Notes under the pieces: model-generated
What the model saw: the letters and a program-made list of their open reading frames with translations, nothing else
The model's database searches: none
Told to the model about the DNA's origin: nothing
Shown here: positions 1 to 8,368 of the stretch, piece after piece
Numbering within the stretch: position 1 is the first letter of the stretch
How the letters are laid out: each line of letters begins with the position of its first letter
IMG/VR virus record: IMGVR_UViG_3300048576_000280
Span: 1 to 37,190 of that record
Reading direction: 5' to 3' (one strand)
Length of the DNA stretch: 37,190 nt
Source: a virus
Taxonomy: Duplodnaviria; Caudoviricetes
Translations under genes and position numbers: made by a program

Positions 1-319
1 AAAAACCGAATATATTACCCTGTGACCGATTCGCACGAAGCGAATGCCTGCCATAAATGTCGGGTCTGGCCATGGAATCGTGCATCATGGACGATGCGGC
101 CCGGCACCACCGTTTTGTTTGGGGCGTTTACCCCCATCTTCAGGTTGATCAACAAAAGGACGTCGATCGCGATCGGCGGGGCTCGCCGTCGGTTACCCCG
201 GGATCCTCTGCCGCGGCTGAGCCGCCAGGGGACACCCGTGGGCGCCGCCTCGGCTCCCCGGCCGCCGCGAGATTGTTCCCGTTCCAGTTGCCATCGAGAA
301 CGACAGAAGGGAGGTTCCA

Positions 320-586
320 TTGAACGCTACCTCCGCCCAGATGCGGTGCGACTGCTGTGGGTTGATGTTCGAGGCAGGAGAGACAGCGTATCTGCTCGTT
401 TCGGTCACGATCGACGATCCCCAGGTATTCCTCAGCTTGACCGGCGTCGGCACCAGCGGGACGAACAAGTTGGTGCACCACGGGTGTGTCGGCACGGTGC
501 CGCCGGCAGCCTGCGAGGTGCCCGAGCCCCAGCTGGAAGCAGCAGTCCACCGGACTCCGACTCTGGATGGTTTTTCCGACCTCTAA
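320..586 (+). CDS. small hypothetical protein with a Cys cluster (CDCC...HHGC), possibly Zn-binding
   Basis: GGAGG RBS just before TTG at 320; ends 17 nt before the brxL-like start. Confidence 0.55.
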   Translation: MNATSAQMRCDCCGLMFEAGETAYLLVSVTIDDPQVFLSLTGVGTSGTNKLVHHGCVGTVPPAACEVPEPQLEAAVHRTPTLDGFSDL

Positions 587-603
587 CGCAAGGGGTGCGT
601 GCG

Positions 604-2058
604 ATGTTGACGCAGACTGTGACCTCGCTTGACCAGAAGGTGCTGGAGCACTTTGCCGATCGCCAGGCCGTGATCCACAAGGGCGTGTCGCCCTGCTCGG
701 AGCAGTTCCGCAAGCTGCCAAGGTACGTAGCCGAGTTTCTGTGTTCACGGTACATCGAAGCATCGCGACCCGCCGAGGGGATCAGGAAGATCAACCACCT
801 GCTGGCGGAATACTACGTTGAAGCCTCGGAGAAGGAGCTGATCAAGAGCCGAATCCGGGAACGCAGCCAGTACCGGCTCTTCGGCCAGGTCCGGGCGCGG
901 TTCGAGCCCAGCCAGGATGCCTACTGGGCAGAGGTCCCGGCCCTGGGTGACCGACATGTCCGGATTGCCAACGACATCATTGCCTGCCACGGACCAGCCC
1001 TGCTGACCTCGGGGGTGTGGGGCACGCTGGTGGTTCGTTACGACCCGCGGTTCACCATCAATCGGAAGTCTTATCCGTTCTGCATCGTGGAGTTCGTGCC
1101 CCAACAAATCACGCACATCGATCTGGATGCCTGGGTGCAGGCGAGGCACGACTTCACCTCGGATGAATGGATCGACGTGGTGACCACCACGGTCGGGTTC
1201 AATCCCGATAAGATCGATCTACAGGCCAAGATGCTCTATCTCTACCGCCTCGTACCGCTGGTCGAGCCCAATGTGAACCTGGTGGAACTGGGACCGCCCG
1301 AGTCCGGCAAGACCTATACGTACCAGTCACTCTCGAACTACAGCCACGTGGTCAGTGGCAGTAACACTACGGTGGCCTCACTGTTCTACAACCAGCTGCG
1401 GCATCGGATCGGCATCCTGGGCCGGTTCGACTGCGTGCTCTTCGATGAGATTGCCCATGCCGACATGCGGCGAGAGATGATGGACGTCGTGAACATGCTG
1501 AAGGACTACATGGGCTCCAGCAAGTTTTCCCGCGATGACACCGAGTTTGCTTCGGAGTGCAGCGTGATCCTGTCCGGCAACATCGACACCGATCGCAAGT
1601 CGCGGGCTGTACGGGGCAACTACCGCCATCTGTTCCAGCCTCTCCCGCCCATGATCCGCGACGACCGGGCATTTCTCGACCGCATCCACGGCTACGTGCC
1701 CGGCTGGCAGGCGCCGCAGATCACTCCGGCCAACTACGCCGATTCGTACGGCTGGATGGCCGACTATTTCAGTGAAGTCATGCACAGACTGCGGTCGCGA
1801 AACTACATCCACATCGTCCGTGACCGGGCCGACTTTAACGGGATGTCCCAGCGAAGCTCGGCCGCGATCGGCCGCATTGCCAGCGGCCTGCTCAAGCTGG
1901 TGTTCCCGCACCGGGATGCTGACACCGTGCAGCCGGACGAGATGGACTGGGTGCTGTCGCACGCCGTATCGCTCCGCCAGCGGGTCCTGGACCAACTGGC
2001 GATTGTGGCCCCCGGCGAGTTCGCGGGGGACAAGCTCCAATACAAGTTGAGGTTCTGA
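604..2058 (+). CDS. brxL: BREX BrxL-like AAA+ ATPase (TIGR02688-type, no C-terminal Lon protease domain)
   Basis: Walker A NLVELGPPESGKTY, Walker B VLFDEIA, LKDYM, AFLDRIHGYVPGW, YGWMADYFSEVMHRLR; 484 aa from ATG604 (upstream in-frame extension looks non-coding). Confidence 0.8.
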   Translation: MLTQTVTSLDQKVLEHFADRQAVIHKGVSPCSEQFRKLPRYVAEFLCSRYIEASRPAEGIRKINHLLAEYYVEASEKELIKSRIRERSQYRLFGQVRARFEPSQDAYWAEVPALGDRHVRIANDIIACHGPALLTSGVWGTLVVRYDPRFTINRKSYPFCIVEFVPQQITHIDLDAWVQARHDFTSDEWIDVVTTTVGFNPDKIDLQAKMLYLYRLVPLVEPNVNLVELGPPESGKTYTYQSLSNYSHVVSGSNTTVASLFYNQLRHRIGILGRFDCVLFDEIAHADMRREMMDVVNMLKDYMGSSKFSRDDTEFASECSVILSGNIDTDRKSRAVRGNYRHLFQPLPPMIRDDRAFLDRIHGYVPGWQAPQITPANYADSYGWMADYFSEVMHRLRSRNYIHIVRDRADFNGMSQRSSAAIGRIASGLLKLVFPHRDADTVQPDEMDWVLSHAVSLRQRVLDQLAIVAPGEFAGDKLQYKLRF

Positions 2059-2088
2059 GCCCCGCAAGATCCCCGTCGGGTGGCGCAT

Positions 2089-2117
2089 GGGACGTGTTCC
2101 TGTATTGGGGACGTGTT
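2089..2117 (+). repeat. 10-bp direct repeat GGGACGTGTT x2 upstream of thyX
   Basis: copies at 2089-2098 and 2108-2117. Confidence 0.5.
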
Positions 2118-2143
2118 GCCGGGGTCAATTAAGGAGGAATGGA

Positions 2144-2956
2144 ATGAAGTTTGTAAACAGGCCGAGGGTTGAGTTGGTGCATCGTCCAGTCATGGAGCCA
2201 GACGGTATTCTGCGATTCCTAAAAGAGCATTGCAAGGACTGGCCCGAGTTTGAAACCAGGCTCGATCCCAGCTACGGCATTGCCGATCAGGACGCCGAGT
2301 GGATTGTCGAAATGTCCGCCCGTCTCTGCTATCTGTCGTTCGGCGGCAAGGGTCGCAGTCATCGGGATCACATCGTCCACCTGCTTGAGGTCGCCCACGG
2401 ATCGACCCTGGAGCACGCCGTGTTCGGGTTCCTCATCTGGAACGTCAGCCGCAGTCTCACCCATGAGCTGGTGCGAACGCGGCAAGGGGTGGCGTACTCG
2501 CAGCTGAGCCAACGGTACGTGGACGAGAGCGACACCGACTTTGTCGTCCCGCCCGCTATCGAGGCTCTCGCCGCAGTCCGGCCGGACCTGCGGCAGAAAT
2601 GGGACGTCCACATGGGCCTGTGCGCGGACCTCTACAAAGAACTCGTCGGTGCCATTGGTTCAATGTACTCTGAACTACAGGACCCCACCGAGCGCCGCAA
2701 GAAAGCACGCCAGGCCGCCAGATCGGTCCTGCCCAATGCTACGGAGACGAAGATCGCGGTGTCCGTGAACGCCCGGGCACTGCGATGGTTTATCCAGATG
2801 CGGGCCAACCCGGCGGCGGACGTCGAGATCCGGCGTCTCGCCGTTGAGATGTACCGCATCGCAGCCAAGGTTGCCCCGTTGCTGTTCTACGACATGAAAC
2901 TCGTGCCGCTGCAGGATGGAACGGAGGGCATCGAGAGCAAGCATCACAAAGTCTGA
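2144..2956 (+). CDS. thyX: flavin-dependent thymidylate synthase ThyX
   Basis: AAGGAGG RBS before ATG2144; HGSTLEH, SRSLTHELVRTR...YSQLSQRYV, ARSVLPNATET, NARALRWFIQMR...ADVEIR. Confidence 0.92.
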   Translation: MKFVNRPRVELVHRPVMEPDGILRFLKEHCKDWPEFETRLDPSYGIADQDAEWIVEMSARLCYLSFGGKGRSHRDHIVHLLEVAHGSTLEHAVFGFLIWNVSRSLTHELVRTRQGVAYSQLSQRYVDESDTDFVVPPAIEALAAVRPDLRQKWDVHMGLCADLYKELVGAIGSMYSELQDPTERRKKARQAARSVLPNATETKIAVSVNARALRWFIQMRANPAADVEIRRLAVEMYRIAAKVAPLLFYDMKLVPLQDGTEGIESKHHKV

Positions 2957-2966
2957 AAAGATCGTT

Positions 2967-2997
2967 CCAAAAAAGTGGTCTCGCAGGTACTTACTAT
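2967..2997 (+). promoter_or_regulatory. conserved bipartite promoter-like motif, copy 1
   Basis: CCAAAA-N13-GGTACTTACTAT, intergenic, upstream of the recombinase. Confidence 0.65.
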
Positions 2998-3012
2998 TGG
3001 GGGAAAAGAAGC

Positions 3013-3957
3013 ATGGATCTCCTCACCGCATTCACATCGCAGCTGGAGGGCGAGCAACGTCATGCTCCCGGTACCGTCGGAGAGTATGTGCGCGATGTCA
3101 CGAGGTTCCTGGGATTCTGGCAGTCTCTCGGCCAGCCTCAGTTCGACGGGCAGTTGGTCAACGACTACCTGGTGCGGCTGCGGAACGACTGCGGTGAAAA
3201 GCCAGCAACGCTCAACCGCAAGAGAATGGCGATCCGCCAGTTCTATAAGTGGCTCAGCGCGTGCGCCAGGGCCACTGGGCATTACGCCGAAGAGCAGCGG
3301 ATCACTGAGCAGTTGACCCTCATCGACCCGATACGAGAAACGCGAGTCGTCCGGGAAGTCATCAGCAGCGATGATTTCAAGCAGATCCTGGCTGATTGTC
3401 ACGGAGACACCGCGGCAAGGAACCAGGCGATGATCCTGGTGATGTACTCGGGAGCCATTCGGGTAAGCGAGATGTGCGGCCTGAATCTCCGGGACGTCAA
3501 TCACAGCAGTCGGAAGTTGCGAATCATGGGCAAGGGTGGCCGGGAGCGCATGGTCCCGATCTCGGGTGACTGCCTCGCGGCGGTTCAGGATTACGTAGAA
3601 GGCTGGCGTACTCGCCATGCCAAGTCCGGCGACCCTGCCCTGTTCGTTTCCATCGATGGTGAGCGGATCGGCCGACACCGGATTACGCATCTGCTGCTGG
3701 AGATCTCCGGGCGATTGAAATTGAGGAAGACCACGACGCACACTCTTCGGCGGTCGCGGGCCACCTTGCTGATGAACGCCGGCCAGCCGATCGAGAAGAT
3801 CCAGAAGTTCCTGGGACACCAGACGCTGGACGCGACCCAGCAGTATCTGGCCACCAGCACGGAGCGACTCCGAGAGGTCTATGACCGGTGCCATCCGCGG
3901 GAACAGCTGAACTTCGGGACACAGCCGGACATCGACGAAGAGCTTGACGGGATATGA
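3013..3957 (+). CDS. XerC/XerD-like tyrosine recombinase
   Basis: N-terminal SAM-like domain; catalytic set GAIRVSE (R), GKGGRER (K), HTLRR, LGHQ, TQQY (Y). Confidence 0.93.
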   Translation: MDLLTAFTSQLEGEQRHAPGTVGEYVRDVTRFLGFWQSLGQPQFDGQLVNDYLVRLRNDCGEKPATLNRKRMAIRQFYKWLSACARATGHYAEEQRITEQLTLIDPIRETRVVREVISSDDFKQILADCHGDTAARNQAMILVMYSGAIRVSEMCGLNLRDVNHSSRKLRIMGKGGRERMVPISGDCLAAVQDYVEGWRTRHAKSGDPALFVSIDGERIGRHRITHLLLEISGRLKLRKTTTHTLRRSRATLLMNAGQPIEKIQKFLGHQTLDATQQYLATSTERLREVYDRCHPREQLNFGTQPDIDEELDGI

Positions 3958-4172
3958 CAGATTCATCTGGGGGAGCAGGCACGGGGGCGTCACAGGTCTG
4001 TTGATGAGCGACCGTCTTCTGGACCACGAAGCACGAGCAGGACGTCAACGCACAGGCCCACAACAACGTCCAGTCCGACATCAAGATGGCGCAGATCGGT
4101 GGGTTCCTCCACGCGCTCGCCGAGGCTGTGGAACGAAGGGGAAAGATCTCAATGGAAAGGGGTGCTGAATGA
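3954..4172 (+). pseudogene. small interrupted or frameshifted ORF between recombinase and sigma genes
   Basis: ATG3954 overlaps the recombinase stop and TGA4170-4172 overlaps the sigma ATG; 4008-4169 has coding-like GC3 bias, but TGA TGA lies in frame at 4002-4007. Confidence 0.35.
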
Positions 4173-4681
4173 GACGCATTACGACTTCCTACTACGAACA
4201 CCATCTCCGGAGACAAGAGAGCCTGCTGTCGGCCATCGTGTCGCAGTTCTCCCGCCAGTCGAGTGCCCGCGAAGAAATGATGCGAGTGGCCGAATCCGAG
4301 TTGCTGTGGGCGATGATCCACTTTGACCCGGAAATCAATGCCAACTTCAAATACTACGTCATGACCAGGGTCAAGCGGCGACTGCAACACTACCTCCGTG
4401 ACGAGGCCAAGCATACTCGCATGCTGCCCAGCAACGACTACTCGTTCGACAATCTGAATTACGAGGACGACCCCGTGCCCCGCCTCGTCGTTGAGGAAAT
4501 CCTGGACGTCTGTACCCAGCTGGAGCGGACAGTTGTCTGGGGGCGACACGCTGAAGGCAAGAGCATTCGGCGGATTGCGGCGGAGAAGGGCGTCAGTCGC
4601 CGGAGAGTCGCTCGGGCGTTGCGGTCTGGACTGAGCAAGATCCACGATCATTTCCCCGACCCGGCCGCGGTGCTTTCGTGA
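4169..4681 (+). CDS. phage sigma-70-family factor (region 2 plus region 4 HTH)
   Basis: LLWAMIHFDPEINANFKYYVMTRVKRRLQHYLRD resembles region 2.2-2.4; ERTVVWGRHAEGKSIRRIAAEKGVSRRRV resembles region 4.2. Confidence 0.8.
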   Translation: MRRITTSYYEHHLRRQESLLSAIVSQFSRQSSAREEMMRVAESELLWAMIHFDPEINANFKYYVMTRVKRRLQHYLRDEAKHTRMLPSNDYSFDNLNYEDDPVPRLVVEEILDVCTQLERTVVWGRHAEGKSIRRIAAEKGVSRRRVARALRSGLSKIHDHFPDPAAVLS

Positions 4682-4696
4682 ACTCTGAATGAACGG

Positions 4697-5194
4697 GTGC
4701 GACTGCAAGTGAACATCGAACTGCGGCCTTCGGGGGTTCTTCGGGCGGTGGCCCGGCAATTCGACCTGCTCGACGAGAACGGGGCAATGCGGCCGGAGGT
4801 TGGCCGAATCAGCATGGCCGTGCCCGGCCTGGCCAAGCCGCTGGTGCTGTATTCGGAAAACGAGGTGTATAAGGCGAGTGATGGGCGCCGGGCAATCTCC
4901 TCCGATCGAGATGTTCAAGCACATGAAGGAAAACTGATGAGGGAGAATGGGAAAGAGAAACTGGACAAAGGTCAGACCCTCGCGGGCAAGCAATTCTGCT
5001 CTTGCGGCGGTCTCAACCGGCTGCCCTGCCAGGGCCCTTGCCGGACGGCTCACTTGAGCAAGGCCGGATACGTCAAGTGCGGAGAGTTCTATCGCCTGGA
5101 ACCGCCCAGGCGACGATCCAAGAAGCGTCGGGCCAGCCCAGGCGTGAAGGACTCTGCCCGGCACACAATCAACCAGCGGAGAGAGGGAGAATGA
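4697..5194 (+). CDS. hypothetical protein, Cys-rich basic C-terminus
   Basis: fills the gap in the operon; stop overlaps the next ATG (ATGA). Confidence 0.55.
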   Translation: MRLQVNIELRPSGVLRAVARQFDLLDENGAMRPEVGRISMAVPGLAKPLVLYSENEVYKASDGRRAISSDRDVQAHEGKLMRENGKEKLDKGQTLAGKQFCSCGGLNRLPCQGPCRTAHLSKAGYVKCGEFYRLEPPRRRSKKRRASPGVKDSARHTINQRREGE

Positions 5195-5475
5195 TGCCTA
5201 CCGAGAACAGCGTGCAGCAGTTTGTGATGTCGGTCGAGGCGGCGTTTAACGCCCTGGAGGGCGTGGCCCAAGATCCGGCCGCCTTGCAGTCTCTGGCTTC
5301 ACAGCCGGTGACGCTCCGGGACACGCCGAGGTACAACGTTCCCGTCCAGATCATCTCGCGAGCGGAGATCTCGGACCTTCGTCGCCAGCTGGCCTCGGCC
5401 ATCTCTGCCGAGAAGTGGGAACAGGGTTTCGTGTTCGCCATCCAGTTGATGTCGTTCATCGGCTCGTTCGCCTGA
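5191..5475 (+). CDS. hypothetical protein with hydrophobic C-terminus
   Basis: GAGGGAG RBS, ATG5191, coupled to the previous stop. Confidence 0.7.
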   Translation: MMPTENSVQQFVMSVEAAFNALEGVAQDPAALQSLASQPVTLRDTPRYNVPVQIISRAEISDLRRQLASAISAEKWEQGFVFAIQLMSFIGSFA

Positions 5476-5501
5476 GCACAGGTCCCGGAGGAGGGAACAT
5501 C

Positions 5502-6086
5502 ATGAAAACCAGAAGCCTTGTGGTGACCATACTGACGGCGGTGATTCTGATCGGCGGTTGCGGGCAGTCCTCGAAGATTGCTCGCCAGGCGTACGACCGA
5601 GGCACGGAGCAGGAAAGCCAGATCCGTGCGGCGATGTTCACGAAAGCATGGGGTCTCAATCGGGCGCTCATTACGGAGGCCCGGCAGAAATGGCTGGACG
5701 AAGCCAAGATTGAGATCTTCAAGGCTGGCCAGGCTGGAACCATCAGCCCGGACAAGGCCGTCGAGATTGTCGCCAAGTTCGAGACGGAACTGGGTAAAGA
5801 CGAAGCCGTGAGCAGTGAGAACTTCGCGTACCTGGCCTACATGCTGGTGCTTGCCGACCGGACGGATGAGATGCTGGGTAACGTGGACTTCTACCTCGAA
5901 TCGCAGAAGCCGATCTGGCAACAGTTCTCTGCGGAGGCCAAGGGCAGCGCTCGGGATGCCATGAGCGAGATCGAGTCCTGGAAGCCTCTCATCAAGGACA
6001 TCGAGAAGGCTTTGCCCACTCAGCTGCTCGACGGTCTCAAGACCATGAGCGGAGCCGCGATCGGGGCCGCAGTCAGCGGGCCATAA
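5502..6086 (+). CDS. putative lipoprotein
   Basis: GGAGG RBS; MKTRSLVVTILTAVILIGG-C signal peptide with lipobox. Confidence 0.75.
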   Translation: MKTRSLVVTILTAVILIGGCGQSSKIARQAYDRGTEQESQIRAAMFTKAWGLNRALITEARQKWLDEAKIEIFKAGQAGTISPDKAVEIVAKFETELGKDEAVSSENFAYLAYMLVLADRTDEMLGNVDFYLESQKPIWQQFSAEAKGSARDAMSEIESWKPLIKDIEKALPTQLLDGLKTMSGAAIGAAVSGP

Positions 6087-6115
6087 TCGTCGCAGAATTC
6101 AACACACCTCGCGAT

Positions 6116-6143
6116 GGGCGGGCCTTGGGGTTCGCCCTTTTTT
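6116..6143 (+). terminator. intrinsic terminator (plus strand)
   Basis: GGGCGGGCC-TTGG-GGTTCGCCC stem (two G-U pairs) followed by T6, 30 nt after a stop codon. Confidence 0.8.
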
Positions 6144-6149
6144 ATGCGC

Positions 6150-6192
6150 AAAGCAAGCCCCGCGTGGTCCGTCCGACGGTTCCAGGCGGGGC
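6150..6192 (-). terminator. probable terminator hairpin for the minus-strand glycosyltransferase
   Basis: GCCCCGC (6157-6163) / GCGGGGC (6186-6192) with inner TGG/CCA and CCGT/ACGG pairing; TTGCTTT follows on the minus strand. Confidence 0.55.
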
Positions 6193-6206
6193 AAGTTTGT
6201 GATGGA

Positions 6207-7253
6207 TCAGCGGCTGGCGATTTCGAGAGAGTCCAGCCAAGCTTGCATCGCATCGAGGTTGTGTCGGCCGAGCAGTCGGCGGTTCAGAGACTGGAGCGAC
6301 AGCGAGCGGCCGGTCCACGCCCGCTCCAGCTTGCTCACGATGTCCAGCGTATTCGTGGGGTGGGCCTGGAAGAGGGACGACACGAATTCGATCTCCGGCG
6401 AGGCCACGATAGGGATGTCCTGGCTGACAAAGTCAGCGGCCACGATATTGAAGGTCTCGCTGAAGCTGACCTGCAACCCCATGTCCATCGCCCGGACGAG
6501 ATCCACAAACTCGCGATGAGGAATCCAGGGGTGTTCCACCAACTCGTGGTCCCGGATCGGGAACAGGGCGCGAAGGTTCTTGAGATTCTGCTCGCCTTGC
6601 TGTTCCGTCCTGCCGCCGTTGATGTGGAACCGGAGAGGCATCCCCATGCGGTCGGCAAATTCAATCGCGGCAAAGGCCTGGATCAACGTGTTCTTCAGTG
6701 GCCGGATGGCGCCGAAGCACCCGATGTCGAGCACGTCCCGGCGATGTCGCCGCTCGGTGACGACTTCGCGGACACGGTCCCACCGCGGCCGCTGTGCGAT
6801 GGGGTAGATGTTCGGCTGGTAGAGACAGTTCGTCTCCAGCACCTTTGCGATGTCATCACAGGTCTGGAGGTGATTGGCGGCGACGCGGAAGTGGCCCGGA
6901 CCGGACGCGATCTTCTTGTACTCCCGCAGCCAGTCGATCGCGATACCTTCCATTGCCAGGAAAGGCACGCGGCTGTGGAGACGGACAACCCAGCCACGCC
7001 GACGATGCGACCGCATCTTGATGAGTTCCTGGATCTTGCTCGGGACGACCCAGATGGCCTCGATGACGACGTGAGTCGGATCATACTCGGTGACCACACG
7101 ATCGATGTCGTTGTTGTCGCCGACGGAGACGACCTTCGCTTCGATGCCAGACCTGTCCAGGGCCTGGGCAACGAACGCGGCCGAATTGTGTAATCCGTAG
7201 GAAATTCCGTAGGTACTGACGCGATTCTTGCAGACGAACAGCACTCGCTTCAT
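6207..7253 (-). CDS. GT-B fold (GT4-like) glycosyltransferase
   Basis: MKRVLFV N-terminal strand; IGCFGAIRPLKN, MDMGLQVSFSETFNIVAAD (GT4 E-x7-acidic motif region); GGGGG RBS. Confidence 0.8.
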   Translation of the reverse strand: MKRVLFVCKNRVSTYGISYGLHNSAAFVAQALDRSGIEAKVVSVGDNNDIDRVVTEYDPTHVVIEAIWVVPSKIQELIKMRSHRRRGWVVRLHSRVPFLAMEGIAIDWLREYKKIASGPGHFRVAANHLQTCDDIAKVLETNCLYQPNIYPIAQRPRWDRVREVVTERRHRRDVLDIGCFGAIRPLKNTLIQAFAAIEFADRMGMPLRFHINGGRTEQQGEQNLKNLRALFPIRDHELVEHPWIPHREFVDLVRAMDMGLQVSFSETFNIVAADFVSQDIPIVASPEIEFVSSLFQAHPTNTLDIVSKLERAWTGRSLSLQSLNRRLLGRHNLDAMQAWLDSLEIASR

Positions 7254-7382
7254 AACGCCCCCCGCCTCGGCTAAGGCACTTGCCTTTTTGTTGTAGCGAT
7301 CGTTTGCATGGTCTCCCGAGGTTTGGTGCGCCTCGAAGCGCTACACGCAAACGCGAACTGCTCTAATGCAGTCATGCCCTCT

Positions 7383-7515
7383 CATCCGGCTTATACACCA
7401 ACCCAAAATCGAGAATCGGTTGCATTCCAAGCCAAAAAGCACTGCTCGCTGGTACTTGTCTATGTGCACGCATGTGTTTCCGATCGCGGTGATCTTCCGG
7501 TGTATAAGCCGGATG
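7383..7515. repeat. perfect 17-bp inverted repeat enclosing a 99-bp spacer
   Basis: CATCCGGCTTATACACC at 7383-7399 and its reverse complement GGTGTATAAGCCGGATG at 7499-7515. Confidence 0.9.
7432..7464 (+). promoter_or_regulatory. conserved bipartite promoter-like motif, copy 2 (inside the inverted repeat)
   Basis: CCAAAA-N13-GGTACTTGTCTATG. Confidence 0.65.
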
Positions 7516-7571
7516 TGCCTCGCCTTGGGCGTGCTGTGTCAGTGAACAATGGTTTTATGGAGGGACGGCAA

Positions 7572-8018
7572 ATGATGCGTCTGCTTGTGTGGACAATGGT
7601 GTGTGTGTTGGCGTGCGGAATGATTGGCTGCGGGACCAACAGCGGTGGCGTCACGAAGGACAGCCAGACGATCACGAAGTACGACGAGGATGTTCGGGCC
7701 TTCACGAAGATCGGGACCAGTCTCATCCTTCAGAAGGCCAATCTCGACTGCACCAAGCTCGCCGACATACGAGAGTACGTGATGGTCGCCCAGGGCCTGA
7801 TCGCCTCACCGAAACCCGACTACACCGGCGCTCGCGCCCTGGCCGTGGCGAAGCTGCCCGAACCCACTCGCCCTGTCGCGATGCTGATCCTCGACCTGAT
7901 TGAGCGGTACGTGCCGACGCCGAAGGTCAGCGGCGACGTCGCGGCGTACCAGAGACTCGCCCAGACGGCCGTGGAGTCGGTCCTCGCCGCGATCGACGAG
8001 TGCCAGGCCATGCAGTGA
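7572..8018 (+). CDS. putative lipoprotein
   Basis: GGAGGG RBS; MMRLLVWTMVCVLACGMIG-C signal peptide with lipobox. Confidence 0.75.
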   Translation: MMRLLVWTMVCVLACGMIGCGTNSGGVTKDSQTITKYDEDVRAFTKIGTSLILQKANLDCTKLADIREYVMVAQGLIASPKPDYTGARALAVAKLPEPTRPVAMLILDLIERYVPTPKVSGDVAAYQRLAQTAVESVLAAIDECQAMQ

Positions 8019-8033
8019 TCGAGGGGGAAGCCC

Positions 8034-8366
8034 ATGCTGGCAACGTACACCGATAACGACGGGAACCTGGTGGTCGAGTTCGCCGTGCCCGGCCGCGAGG
8101 CTGAGCACATTTCGATCGAAGCCACTCACGGTCCCGGCCTCGTCATCAACGTTGCCCCTGTGGAGAACACGCCGGGGTCCATCCTGGCCAGCCCGATGCA
8201 ATACGAGGTTCAAAGGGTGGCTCCGGCGTTCTCCCTTGAAGGCGTGCACGCAGTCTGCAAGCACGGCCTGCTCACACTCACGTTCCCGCTTTGTCCGCCA
8301 CCGGTTACCCAGCCGAAGCTGGAGATGCGGGAGTTCATGCGTCGGCAACGCTTCCATCTGAACTGA
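8034..8366 (+). CDS. Hsp20/alpha-crystallin-like small heat-shock protein
   Basis: LVVEFAVPG...ISIE and VHAVCKHGLLTLTFP match the sHSP beta3-beta4 and A-x-x-x-x-G-L-L-x-x-x-x-P motifs. Confidence 0.65.
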   Translation: MLATYTDNDGNLVVEFAVPGREAEHISIEATHGPGLVINVAPVENTPGSILASPMQYEVQRVAPAFSLEGVHAVCKHGLLTLTFPLCPPPVTQPKLEMREFMRRQRFHLN

Positions 8367-8368
8367 AC

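Noticed and set aside
160-290. Several GC-rich hairpins, a possible ncRNA
   Set aside because: Short stems are expected at this GC content and no RNA family is recognisable
22-603. 194-aa N-terminal extension of the 678-aa ORF
   Set aside because: Arg/Pro/Ser-rich shadow-frame composition; it overlaps the better-supported 320-586 ORF, and BrxL-like sequence begins only after ATG604
4002-4007. Genome-wide stop-codon reassignment suggested by the in-frame TGA TGA
   Set aside because: Conserved genes are full length under code 11, and TGA, TAG and TAA all end genes at coupled junctions
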